A stretch of DNA of 62,984 nt, filler included, from Octopus bimaculoides (GCF_001194135.2; 4 parts of 4 records of this genome joined end to end with filler, not necessarily neighbours in it); one strand, 5' to 3'; counted from the whole stretch's first letter, positions 38,556 to 50,367 are shown. Notes: a model not told the origin generated them from the sequence alone. A program made the numbers and translations.

Positions 38556-40411
38556 CATATATACACACACATACACATATACACACACATACACACATAC
38601 ATACATATATATATATATATATATGCACACATACATATTCACAAATACACTCATATATGAATATATATAAAAAGTTGCATAAATATATCTGTGCATAAAA
38701 ATATACATGCATCCAATCAAGCACAAATACATGCATATTTATATATATTTTTTATAAATAATAAAAATAAAAATAATAATACATATATGTACACAAAAAT
38801 CTATACAAACACATCTAGTTTCATACGAAAACATGAATATACACACACACACACACCCACAGATACACGTGTATATATTAACACTTATACACGTACAATC
38901 GCACACACATATATATTTTTTATGTATTTGTTGTCACATGTATTTATATAAAGACTCTTACGCAATTTAATACACTCCTTAGTACGTATGAATTACTGTC
39001 GATGTGTGGTAACTATTAATAAAGCAGAGAGATAGTTATCTGAAGGTAATTCATATATTAGTGAATGAGATGTTAAATGAGTGAAAATTAATTAATGAAT
39101 TAAAGAATAGTAAAGTTAATGGGTTGCCTATTAATCTACATGAAATGATTACTTTATTATTATATGCTAGACAAGTTGGGCTGAATTAGGGGTTGAAAGA
39201 GTAAATCTTGCTTAAGAAGACCAAGTTAATATTATGAATAAGGTTTACTATAGTAATTCCGTAACATATTTGTTAGTGTAAAAGTTTTATCGAGATTTGA
39301 AAATCACAATATATTATGCTGATCAGTAAATTATTCGTCAAATAATGAGATATTAAAATGATTGGGATATATCTTGTTACGAGAATAAATACTTAAACTA
39401 TGAATGATAAAAATTAAGGATGTTTCTAGGAACGTTGAAATGATGAATTATGATCGTAGATTTAGAAAACTCTCATTAAGAAAGCCAGGAACATGAATAA
39501 CTCTTATTATTGCTAAACAAATTGGTGAATATATTGGAAGTCGTAAATCAATGACATTGAGGTACAATGAAATATGGAAAAGAGGAAGTAAGGTTAATAG
39601 AGCATTGCATATTATGTAATTGTTATGGGTGAATTTTACTATGAATTAAACCAAAAATAATGTTCTATTTTATGTTCAAAGGTTTTATATGTGTTCTAAT
39701 TTAGGTTAACAAATAAAGAATGTTTAGATAAATTATGTCAATCGTAATTNNNNNNNNNNNNNNNNNNNNNNNNNNNNNNNNNNNNNNNNNNNNNNNNNNN
39801 NNNNNNNNNNNNNNNNNNNNNNNNNNNNNNNNNNNNNNNNNNNNNNNNNNNNNNNNNNNNNNNNNNNNNNNNNNNNNNNNNNNNNNNNNNNNNNNNNNNN
39901 NNNNNNNNNNNNNNNNNNNNNNNNNNNNNNNNNNNNNNNNNNNNNNNNNNNNNNNNNNNNNNNNNNNNNNNNNNNNNNNNNNNNNNNNNNNNNNNNNNNN
40001 NNNNNNNNNNNNNNNNNNNNNNNNNNNNNNNNNNNNNNNNNNNNNNNNNNNNNNNNNNNNNNNNNNNNNNNNNNNNNNNNNNNNNNNNNNNNNNNNNNNN
40101 NNNNNNNNNNNNNNNNNNNNNNNNNNNNNNNNGGAAGTAAGGTTAATAGAGCATTGCATATTATGTAATTGTTATGGGTGAATTTTACTATGAATTAAAC
40201 CAAAAATAATGTTCTATTTTATGTTCAAAGGTTTTATATGTGTTCTAATTTAGGTTAACAAATAAAGAATGTTTAGATAAATTATGTCAATCGTAATTAA
40301 TCTATGATATCTTCTAACATATGGGGGAGTTATTGACATGTTTTACTAGAACTATTTGAGGAACTCACGTATTACGGGTTAATATGATAGCGTTTTATAA
40401 GAAAGTGATTG

Positions 40412-40792
40412 TTATTTAAATGCTGAAAATACATGTTGCTGCCAATGTTTACATCTGTAAGAATTTTCTATGAACGTGTTTACCAGGTTATTCTTTGAAA
40501 ATAAAATAAAGTAGAGTTCACTATTACATAATGAGCAGAATTTTCCACCCTTTTCATATGGCCTAGAAATAGAAAGAATTAGCCAGTCTAGTTTAAATTT
40601 AGTGTTATTATCTTTAAGTTCCAAAATTAGTTTGCTAAGGCTCGTGGTATTACGTTTGTTTCTATCTCTAAAGGTTGAGAAATGTTTAGAAATTCTGGTG
40701 GATATTGGTGAAGAGGACGATCCAACATAAAAGGAAATATTTGTAGGAGTACTGACTTGGCATTGATAAATAGTGTTTTTTGAGTTTGGCAT
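40412..40792 (-). CDS. GIY-YIG endonuclease domain of the Penelope-like ORF
   Basis: NTIYQCQVSTPTNISFYVGSS...RISKH...CSLCNSE...YRCKH; stop at 40412. Confidence 0.85.
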   Translation of the reverse strand: MPNSKNTIYQCQVSTPTNISFYVGSSSSPISTRISKHFSTFRDRNKRNTTSLSKLILELKDNNTKFKLDWLILSISRPYEKGGKFCSLCNSELYFILFSKNNLVNTFIENSYRCKHWQQHVFSAFK

Positions 40793-40806
40793 TGTCAGTT
40801 AAAAAA

Positions 40807-42105
40807 CTAATTNNNNNNNNNNNNNNNNNNNNNNNNNNNNNNNNNNNNNNNNNNNNNNNNNNNNNNNNNNNNNNNNNNNNNNNNNNNNNNNNNNNNNNNN
40901 NNNNNNNNNNNNNNNNNNNNNNNNNNNNNNNNNNNNNNNNNNNNNNNNNNNNNNNNNNNNNNNNNNNNNNNNNNNNNNNNNNNNNNNNNNNNNNNNNNNN
41001 NNNNNNNNNNNNNNNNNNNNNNNNNAAGTGAAATGTTCTTAACTAAATTTCTTGTTACCGAATTTGGATGATTACTGAACTTGCTGATGTATTTAAGGTT
41101 AGTGGAGGGTTTGTGATAAGGGAAGAAGGTTTTAGTGTGTAGGTCTAGAGTGACATCCAAGAAGTTAGCTATAGATGTTTCATCTTCAAATACTATACTA
41201 AAGCCCATTCTACTGAAAAACCTAGCTAGTCTATTTTTAACTTTTTGTATTTTTTGGTTTGTGGTGTTCTCTAAATAGAGTAAACAATCGTCTCTGTATA
41301 GACCACCCTTAACATTTGGGAATTGGTCTTCTAATTCATATAGAATGTATGTGCAGACTAAATCAGCTATTTGTGCTGAATCGGAACTTCCCATAGGGAC
41401 ATCAAATCCTTCTGGGGTGTCCTTACGTATCCATAGTTTGTTATTGAATTTAATTATAGTATTTCTTGCTGCTGTAATAACTTTAAATTCCTCTCTAGAC
41501 ATACCCGCCTTCTTGTGAGCAAACCAAAGTGCTTTGTTTAATATAATGGGGTTAATTGATGAATAAAAGTTAGATATGTCAAACTGGACAAAATTGGTGT
41601 TATGCTTGTTATTAATGTTACGAAACCATTCAACTACCTGCAAACAATTGGACCATAAACTAAGTTTTAATTTTTTTGACTAAAGTAGGCATGTATTTGT
41701 CAAGTATATTCTTACTAAGAATACCAATATCAGATTTGGATGGACAAATTAGACGTAATTTAGGGCTATTCCAAAAGTTTATCTTATGGTCTTTTAAAAC
41801 AAAATGGGGTTGTTTAGGGTATAAAGGTTCAGTTCTCTTTTGTAAGTCATATTTCTCCATGAATTTTTTCGCTTCGAGGTTAGCATTCCTTAGTGCTGTT
41901 TTACTTGTGATTCGGTAGTTTTTTTCTATTTCTCTTTTTAGTAGATCATTATAATGTTCCTTAGATAATTTATACATATTTCCTGTTTTATCGGACTTAA
42001 CTAGTATTCCGTCAATGTTATTTATTTCCTTCGTTAAATTGTTTAGGTATCTGAGGAGATTATTTCTTAATGGTGATTTATGAAAAAAAATGTTATTGGA
42101 TTTAT
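40807..42105 (-). CDS. Reverse transcriptase portion of the Penelope-like ORF (frameshifted, partly in a gap)
   Basis: ORFs 41660-41977 and 40807-41643 join as LVKK-LKLSLWSNCLQVVEWF if one A is removed; YRDD catalytic motif. Confidence 0.85.
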
Positions 42106-42311
42106 ATCATCCTATCTACTCCCAACTCCACACTCTGAATTTTCCTTCTCTCTCTCTCTTTTTCTTTTTCGTTTTTCTCTTCCTTTCTTGTCCAACGTAC
42201 TATTTGGTAGCGTCCTAATCTCCAACGGTTTTTTCAAATGAATTACGTTATAACCTTATCCATCTATAGTCCTCATATTCGGTTATAATGTCTTACGTTT
42301 AAGTTGGTTCC

Positions 42312-42411
42312 CATACATTCCCTGAGGAGAAGTTTACATTTTTAACATCGACAATTCCTATGGATCGCATAAATTGTAATTCTTCGAAACATATGTCGGA
42401 ATAAAAGTATG
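42312..42411 (+). ncRNA. Minimal type I hammerhead ribozyme
   Basis: Stem I ATTCC(42317-21)/GGAAT(42398-402), extended by CATAC/GTATG past an AAAA bulge; core CTGAGGA (42322-28); stem II GAAG/CTTC; GAAA (42386-89); stem III C-ATAT-G; GTC cleavage triplet (42395-97). Confidence 0.85.
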
Positions 42412-43037
42412 CAGTTATAACATGCGTTTATTCCATTCTTTNNNNNNNNNNAACACGAGGAAATAAACAGAGAGAGAATAAATATATACACACGTACACC
42501 TGTGAGTATTTGTGTAGTGTATATAGAGTGAAGCAGAGAGACAGACAGTGCCAGAGAATTAATAGATACTCACGGCTCTGGATACGTTTACAGCAGATGG
42601 TTTGTATTCACTGGGTTTCTTAATTGTTGAATTGTAAATCAGATGAAACACAAAGAAATTGGTCCAGTCTATGGGAGGATAGTAAAATATAAGGGTATCA
42701 TTGCGATTAGGAACAAGACACAAACAACAGGGGTAGTAAAATTTATACACGTACACATTTATAACGGATAAATTTCTTATTTATTTTTACTCGGTTCAGT
42801 CGGTTTAAAATCTCAAACAACATGTAATCTTTTTATATCAATTAGTCCTGTTCAGATTTTACTAATATAATATTCTAACTACAAATTTCATTTATTTTTT
42901 CATAAATTTGTAATCGGTATTGAGTACAACTGAAACAATTGTAGGTATTCTAATTAACTATAAGTTAATAAATGAAATTATATCTATATAGTCTCGATTT
43001 TCGTCTTGTGTATCATATGCTATATTTTAATATACCC

Positions 43038-43084
<47 letters not shown>

Positions 43085-43088
<4 letters not shown>

Positions 43089-43400
43089 TTATTCTCTCCA
43101 CCGCCTCCGTAAGCAATACATCGTTTGAACAATATAGACAATATTCCATCAGCATTGCCCCAAGGACCTCAACTTCAGTTTCAGAATTCATTCCAGGTAG
43201 GAGCGTGGGTCGTACGTCCTCTCCTCAATTCAGAATCACAAAACATAAACACACTGCAACACAATTTTTTTCCCTCAACAGGCCCTGCTTTATTTAACAT
43301 TCATTCAAAACAGGTCAGTAAGGAAAAGGACCCCATCACATTTGAAGCGAATCTGGACAAATTTCTTCAAGGGATATCAGTAAATAACCTATTCATGGAT
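43085..43400 (+). mobile_element. Decayed CR1-like LINE 3' coding end
   Basis: KPYSLHRLRKQYIV* and GPALFNIHSKQVSKEKDPITFEANLDKFLQGI, parallel to the 57 kb CR1 C-terminus. Confidence 0.7.
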
Positions 43401-44426
43401 AGAACTGAATCCACAAGAACTCGTTACTCGAATGAGCCATGATACCACAAAATATGATATAAGAAGGATTTATCGAACTCTTTTAGGTGCTACTGCAGAG
43501 TTAGACGTGGCCTGGACCCATCTTTGGTTGAAACATCTCTAAATTATATAAATATATATCTTCGACTATACTTACGGAAGACGATTTGTTGGATAGTAGG
43601 CTCCGAAATAGTGCGATGCGTATTACTGCCACAAACCGCCGGGCTTTTTAAGCACCTGACAATCATGCACAGGCGAGACAACTCACCCCAAATTCCATTC
43701 AGCAAGGGTGGACGTCCATGCTTAACAACTTGTACTTTGACGGGATGATTCCCACCTCGCTAAATCGCAGCCTACCCTCAAGCAAATAACACATTAAATA
43801 TGGGATCGATGATGTTTTATAACACGAGGGGTGTTATAAATTGAACCCACATATGCAAGGATGTGTAGTTTTAGTTCGTGTGTCGGTTGTGTTTTAGGTG
43901 TAAGTGAATATTTCCTCATTCGGCCTGGTGTTAAAAACATCTGATAGTAAATGGTGCGTAAGCGCAGTAACTCATATCAGGACCCTTTCCAAAGTGGCAC
44001 ACTTAGATATTTCATCTTTGTTGTGACTTTTCAATGCTGCATACCAAACAAGGCTTGCTGCAAACTATATCGACGACTATTACAAAATCTTAAATGGTTT
44101 ACAAAATTTAAAATCCTCTATTGTCATGTCTCAGCATTTTATACCACGGAAAAATAAATCAATTATAGATTAGAGTTTAAGCCGTTTAACATATAGTGAT
44201 AGTCGTTGAGGTAGCTTCCAGCTGATATTGTTCGGTACGTGACATTGAAAAGTCACAACAATGACCATACATCGATGTCTGTCGCTCACAAAAGAGACCT
44301 GGTGTGAGGTGTTTCACTTTAAATTACTTTCAGGTGTTTTTAATAACAGGCGCATTAAGAATATATTCTCTTTAAACTAAAACGAAGCCGACTCATGAAC
44401 TAAAAACTCACATATACATATACATA

Positions 44427-44538
44427 TTGGGTTGGCAACTAAGTTCCCGCCATTTCTTGTAATTTTAGAATTCATTACGTCTTTAAATTTCGGAATCTAT
44501 TTTTTTCGAGAATTCTGCTTTGAATCATTTTGGAATCT

Positions 44539-44574
<36 letters not shown>

Positions 44575-45677
44575 CTACTTAATTTTAGTTAATTTTTGTT
44601 TATTTTCAGTTCATTAAAATGGAATGTCAAGTTAAGAAAAACGTACATTTTCGACACATCTTTCTCTTTACATTTAATCAAAGTTCTAAGGCCGCAAATG
44701 CTGCTCGTGACATTTGTGCTGTGTATGGAGAGGGTGCCATAGCTGAAAGAACCGCTCATGATTGGTATACCGAGTTCAAAAATGGAAACTTAGACCTCAA
44801 AGAAGCACCGCGTTCTGGCCGTCCAGTTGAGTTCGATGAAGAACGATTAAACCAACTTTTGCACGACAATTTTCGTCAAACGACAAGGGAACTGGCAAAG
44901 AAAATGGAATGCTCCCACACTGCTATAGAGAAGTATGGAGCATGGGTTCCGCATGCTTTAAGTGACAACAACAAAAATCAACCAGCCACAAATCGTCACC
45001 GCTCAACTCATGGATACAAGCAACGATTTCTTTACCGAATCGTTACTGGTGACGAAAGTTGGTGCGCGTACATCAATATGAAGAAGCGTAAGGAATGGCT
45101 TAGCCCCGGTACACAAGGGACACTGCGCGTGAAACAAGATCTTCATCCGCGTAAAACGATTGTTGTGCATATGGTGGAAAGGGATTATCGATTACGAATT
45201 GCTTGAACGGAACCAAACGCTCAACGCGGAAGTCTATCTTCGGCAGCTGGAACGACTCAACATGTCTATTCAAGAGAAAAAAACCTAATCGTCTTCTGCT
45301 GCACGACAACGTCTGATCTCATATCGCCACTATGACCAAGTAAGGCATTCAAACGCATGGTTGGGATGTGCTGCCACACTAGCCGCACTCTTCTGATTTG
45401 GCGCCAACGGATTTCCACCTCTGTCGATCTCTTTGAAATGCGATGCTCGGAGTTTCGTTCAGTAGTGATGCAGCATTGAGAGCTTGGTTGGATCAATTTT
45501 TCGAGTCGAAATTGGGTTATTTCTACCAACGACGTATTGAAAATTTGTTGAACGTTGGGAAGAACTTGTAAACAACAAGGGTGAATACATTATTGATTAA
45601 TTAGTTGTTGATTTTTTATTAAACCTTTTCAAAAATTTCGATTTAAAAAAACCGTGGGAACATAGTTGCCAACCCAA
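44427..45677 (+). mobile_element. Full-length decayed mariner (DD34D) transposon
   Basis: TIRs TTGGGTTGGCAACTAAGTTCCCGC / TTGGGTTGGCAACTATGTTCCCAC, TA on both sides; transposase 44619 onward with RSGRP, WVPHAL, IVTGDESW, SSDLAPTDFH; deletions and frameshifts. Confidence 0.95.
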
Positions 45678-45992
45678 TATATATATAACAGATAATAAGA
45701 GTGAAAAAACTACAGAAGGCTTGTGTTACATGGTTAAAGTATATATTTGAATTATGTCAGAAAAGTGTTATAAATTTTTTTGGGGGGGGTATATAAACAT
45801 TGTATTTGGAGAAATAACCGGTTTCGTGTTGTCTTTTCAAATTTCTCTACTTCCTCGTAACATGTGTTCGCTCCCGTGTGAAAAGAAGAGTTCTAGATAG
45901 GGGGGGGGTAATTAGGGATTTCTTCCAGTATAAGGGAGATAATCGAAATGTAGGAGGTGGTAGATTTTGATTAATTTACCATGGTTTTGTTC

Positions 45993-46092
45993 NNNNNNNN
46001 NNNNNNNNNNNNNNNNNNNNNNNNNNNNNNNNNNNNTTAATTAATTAANNNNNNNNNNNNNNNNNNNNNNNNNNNNNNNNNNNNNNNNNNNN
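45993..46092. other. Synthetic scaffold spacer N44-TTAATTAATTAA-N44
   Basis: Direct; identical to the spacers at 17791 and 33071. Confidence 0.95.
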
Positions 46093-46467
46093 CATCATTT
46101 GGAACCACAAGAGATTTAACTGAGGCAGCATTCATCCAAACTTTCAAGATCCAACCTCAGATATATCATCGCATTGTCTCTCTACTACCTCTGTCAAATG
46201 AATCACCAAAACTGGCCTTTCATTGTTTATAATCTGTACCTGTTTGTTTGGTTACGAAATAAAATACACAAAACGTGTTTCTGAATTACGTGTATTTACT
46301 TTATATACATATGAGTTGAAAACTTTCTTCTAGCATTCCACTTAATGTCTATGTTCCATGCTGGCATGGATTGGAGAGTTATTAATGTAGAAATATGGTA
46401 TCGTAGCTACTAACAGTTGAGGGTTGCGTAGTCTAGACGGCGTTTTTAGATTTCATTATTCTCTTTA

Positions 46468-46496
46468 ACCCGGGCAAAGCCGGGTATTTCTGCTAG
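46468..46496 (+). mobile_element. Helitron-type 3' terminus
   Basis: Hairpin ACCCGG-gcaaag-CCGGGT, then CTAG|T 7 nt downstream. Confidence 0.6.
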
Positions 46497-47296
46497 TTAT
46501 CTATAACTGTCGAGCAATCATTAAGTTCTACAAACACTACATCTGTTTTACATCCGACATCAATTCTTCGCAGAGGATAATCGATATAAAAGCTGTTGAT
46601 ATTGGTACACACCTCAATTGTTTAACCAACTGTCTTCAAATCCATTTGCAATTGTACATTTTGAACAATGTACAGAAACTTCATTTACTCTTATAATTAA
46701 GAAATTAATTTCAATCGAAATTACAACAGCAATCTCTATTGTAGATCACAAAGTTGAGCCAAATACATATGTATTTTTTATATACTTAATGTAACTGCTA
46801 TATTACATAGTCAAACACCATCTGGCATTATTTATTTTGCATTAAAAACTATACTCATCCGTACTTTAAATTCGATATTTACCCAGACATGTAAGCAACT
46901 TCCATTCTAGACCAAAGTTTATATACTACTTACATATAATTACACTGAACAAGCAAATACCACTACAATAACCCAATTTTAATTAATCTGTGATTTTACG
47001 GACATATCTATCTTATTCCTGACTAATTACATGTTAGTTTGTTCTGTTCCCACTCAAAGTATTTCCCCCACTATTAATCTGCATATATATTCTGCACAAT
47101 ATTATTACAAACAGTAGACCTTTTTTAATTATTAGACAATTCCATGTTAATTGATATTTTGCTTAAGCAATGAATGTTATATCTCGTTTCCATTATACAC
47201 CTAAACATGATATATAACACATTTCTTATTGCTGTACATGTTTCTCCCATCTCTGACGGCACCAAAAAGTCTAGCAGTAACCATAAATTTATTGAC

Positions 47297-47397
47297 GCAG
47301 TGCATAACTGGTACTTAATTTATCGACGCCGAAGGGATGAAAGGCAAAGTCGACCTAAGCATTTCGCCTGGCGTGCTAACGATTTTGCCAGCTCGCC
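47297..47397 (-). mobile_element. SINE family A with internal deletion of the B-box segment
   Basis: GGCGAGCTGGCAAAATCGTTAGCACGCCAGGCGAAATGCTTA joined directly to GGTCGACTTTGCCTTTCATCC. Confidence 0.85.
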
Positions 47398-47399
47398 TG

Positions 47400-47915
47400 A
47401 TGCAATATCAGGCAGTTGCGCTCATGGCTTCTGATCTTAACTGATCGGAAGTGTTAACATGTATATGTTTTGTCTCGGTACAAAAGATGAGCCACAACAA
47501 ATATTCTGTTCGATACCACAGGTTTGCTTGTCAGTTACTTGTCCCTTAGTGACTGGCAGTATGTGCATCTCTGATCAGGAGCAGGAGTAGTGGGAGAATA
47601 TTATAGCCATGTGCTGAGAGGGATTCTTTGGGGTTTGAATAATGCACTTCTGGAAACATGATATTTCTTTCAATATCCTTAAACAACCCTTAATCAGGGA
47701 TTATCTGAGCAGGATGGGCTACACGGCCTGAAGAAAATTCTAACCGGGCCCCACCTGCAAGGTTATGCGTAGTTTATCTGGACATAATGTCAGCATGTCA
47801 CGTACATATGCCTGGTGTACCCTTATCAGACGGGTAGTCATGATGGATATACTGGACCTCGAATATTTGTACTTCAGTGTCACTTTGGTGGTGTGCGCTG
47901 CTCTCTTACTCAATA
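47400..47915 (+). repeat. Non-coding interspersed repeat ending at a (GAT)n(AAT)n tract
   Basis: Recognised from memory as an abundant octopod repeat; no coding motifs; ends CTCTCTTACTC-AATAAT. Confidence 0.5.
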
Positions 47916-47930
47916 ATGATGATGATGATG

Positions 47931-47986
<56 letters not shown>

Positions 47987-47988
<2 letters not shown>

Positions 47989-48232
47989 AAATAAGCAATA
48001 TAAACAAGTATATTAAGCAACTCCCTGGTAACTTCAATCTCCGTGAACTACAAAAGATAACCTTGATGGGTACAGCCTATATACTACGGAAAGCACTATC
48101 CATTTAAAATGGAATAAATGTGGGGATAATTTTAGCATGCATAGCAAAACAAATGTGCCCTTCCTACTTTTGGCCTCCGGAGGATGCCCGGTACTAAGGC
48201 AGCGGAAATAAAGTTACAATGAAAGGAAACTA
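47987..48232 (+). mobile_element. 5'-truncated R4/Dong-like 3' end between (AAT)n tracts
   Basis: INKYIKQLPGNFNLRELQKITLMGTAYILRKALSI* plus 3'UTR. Confidence 0.9.
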
Positions 48233-48238
48233 TAAATA

Positions 48239-48310
<72 letters not shown>

Positions 48311-48311
<1 letters not shown>

Positions 48312-48593
48312 GGGGCACTCGGAGCACTAACAACCAAGTTGGAGAAATATGTCAAAGAAATCGGGATTGACATGAGAGCAGAGCAAACCCCCAAAACTGC
48401 TCCGCTGGGGACATCTAGGATTTTGAGATTAGTACTTAGATGTTGAATGAATGTCTCCAACAATAATTAACAACCAAGTATCAAAGCTTATAATGTGCCG
48501 ATAGAGACCATGTGTGACCTCTGACAGCAAACTTCTGTCCGGTCTCACAGAATCTATCAGAGCAAAAATGGCCGAACGTTCTGAGAAGTAAAG
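48311..48593 (+). mobile_element. 5'-truncated R4/Dong-like 3' end terminating in (CAA)n
   Basis: GALGALTTKLEKYVKEIGIDMRAEQTPKTAPLGTSRILRLVLRC*; same subfamily signature as 10420-11231. Confidence 0.88.
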
Positions 48594-48624
48594 CAACAAC
48601 AACAACAACAACAACAACAACAAC

Positions 48625-49990
48625 GGGCAAACAATGAGAGCAGTGATATAAGTACTTCGGAATACTGGAAGTAGACGAAATAAAAAGAAATGGAACAAAT
48701 TACCAGTCGGGAGTACACAAGGAGAGTAAGAAAATTATTGCAGTCAAAGCTGAATTCAAAAGTCTTATTGACGCAATAAATTCAAGAACAGTACCCTTAA
48801 TCAGATATGAAGTAGGAACTATAGACTGGACCAAAAACGATATAAAGAAACTTGACAGAAAACTAGAAAGTTGTTGACAACGTATGGAGTCCATCATCCA
48901 AAAGCTGCTACCAGCACTGTTGATATCAGCTTTTGGATGGTGGGCTCCATTCAACAGGTTGTACTTGAGGAGAGACCAGGGTGGAAGAGGCTTAGTAGCA
49001 GTACAAGAATATATGCGTATGGAAAGAAAAAGCCTAGTAGAGTATTTACAGAGCAGCACAGAAAAACTACTAACGACTGCAAATAAGGAACAAGTGATCA
49101 AGCGCGTAATGGGAGAAAAGGACAAGAATGGAATACAAAGAGAGCGCACCAGACAGATCGAAAAGAAACCCCTGCATGGCCAATTTTGGAGAGTCACTGA
49201 AGACGTACGTAGAACACAATCCTGGGCTTGGTTAAAAGAAGGACAATTAAAAAAAGAAACAGACAACCTAATTGTAGCAGCCTAAGATCAAGTGATAAAG
49301 ACAAACAACTTGAGAAAAATATATAGGGAGAGAATGTGTTAGAAAATGTAGAGCCTGTGGAACATGGAGCGAGACAGTGACACACATTGTGGAAGAATGC
49401 TCCTAGTTGGCACCAGAAAAATTAAAGAAATGGAGGCAAAGTTTTACACCGGAAACTGTGCCAGAAATGGGGATTTGAAGCTGGAAACTCATGTTACAAT
49501 CATGGAGTTGAAAGAGTACAAGTGCCGGAGAAATGTAAGATTTTGTGGGACTTTCCTATTCAAATGGACAAAAAGTTAGAAAATAACAGAACAGACAAAA
49601 CGATTGGCCGTTTGATTCCAGGATCGTAAAGAAAGAGGATGAAGATAGAAATACAATCCCTTAAAATTTGAGATGGGAAGAATTTGAAGTATGAGAACAG
49701 TGAAAGTTGTGCCTATAATAATTGGTGCGTTGGGAACAGTAAGCAAAGATATAGACAAATATCTGGAGACTGGAATAGAATGCCCGGTAGAGCACCCAAA
49801 ACAAGAAAGTGTGTCTCTTATAGGGACAGCAAGGATTATCAGAAGAGTTCTAAGCACTTCAAAAACTGCTGAAAACTTGTGTATACCTAAGGTTACAGGC
49901 AGTAAGCATTTACCCACATAAATCCTACAAGGCATAAGACTGAACCTGAACCAAACCAAAATAATAGCAAAGACTGAACATGTCCCAAAA
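48625..49990 (+). mobile_element. R4/Dong-like 3' half (RT end, zinc knuckle, RLE), decayed
   Basis: YKYFGILE, EYTRRVRKLLQSKLNS, LYLRRDQGGRGL, LHGQF, WLKEGQLKKETDNLIVAA*DQ, CRAC...HIV, VKVVPIIIGALGTVSK, GTARIIRRVL. Confidence 0.9.
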
Positions 49991-50071
49991 CATAACAAGG
50001 TAGCGGCATATTCTAATGCCTACAACTTTGTAATATACAGTACATTTTGCACAAGTCATACTTTATATAGT

Positions 50072-50367
50072 AGAGGCGCAATGGCCCAGTGGTTAGGGCA
50101 GCGGACTCGCGGTCGGGGGATCGCGGTTTCGATTCCCAGACCGGGCGTTGTGTGTATCTATTGAGCGAAAACATCTAAAGCTCCACGAGGTTCTGGCAGG
50201 GGTAGGTGGCGACCCCTGTTGTACTCTTTCGCTCCAACTTTCTCTCACTCTTTCTTCCTGTTTCTTGAGTAAAGCTGCGATGGACGAGCGTCCCGTCCAT
50301 CTGGGAGCGGGGAGAGCACATACGCCATAGGAGCTTGGCTAGGCTTTAAAAGGGCGCATAAAAATAA
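50072..50367 (+). mobile_element. Full-length tRNA-derived SINE family C with 12-bp TSD
   Basis: A-box TGGCCCAGTGG (50082), B-box GGTTTCGATTCCC (50125), A-rich tail; ATACTTTATATA at 50058-50069 and 50368-50379. Confidence 0.9.

Larger units (their letters stand above)
38950..42105 (-). mobile_element. Penelope-like element (RT + C-terminal GIY-YIG), near complete, with probable long 3' region
   Basis: VKSDKTGNMYK, LKDHK...LRLICPSKSDIG, FVQFDISNFYSSI, FDVPMGSSDSAQIADLV, GGLYRDDCL, NFLDVTLDL, SKFSNHP, then IYQCQV..FYVGS...H...CSLC...CKH; +1 frameshift in an A7 run near 41670. The left limit is inferred from strand-biased composition. Confidence 0.9.

Noticed and set aside
41660-41680. Programmed frameshift at the A7 run in the Penelope-like ORF
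   Set aside because: It would need +1 rather than -1 slippage, and PLEs use a single ORF; an indel or homopolymer error is simpler.
50072-50140. tRNA gene
   Set aside because: A and B boxes are present but there is no acceptor stem or cloverleaf closure, and it continues into a SINE body with a TSD. The same applies to the other SINE heads.
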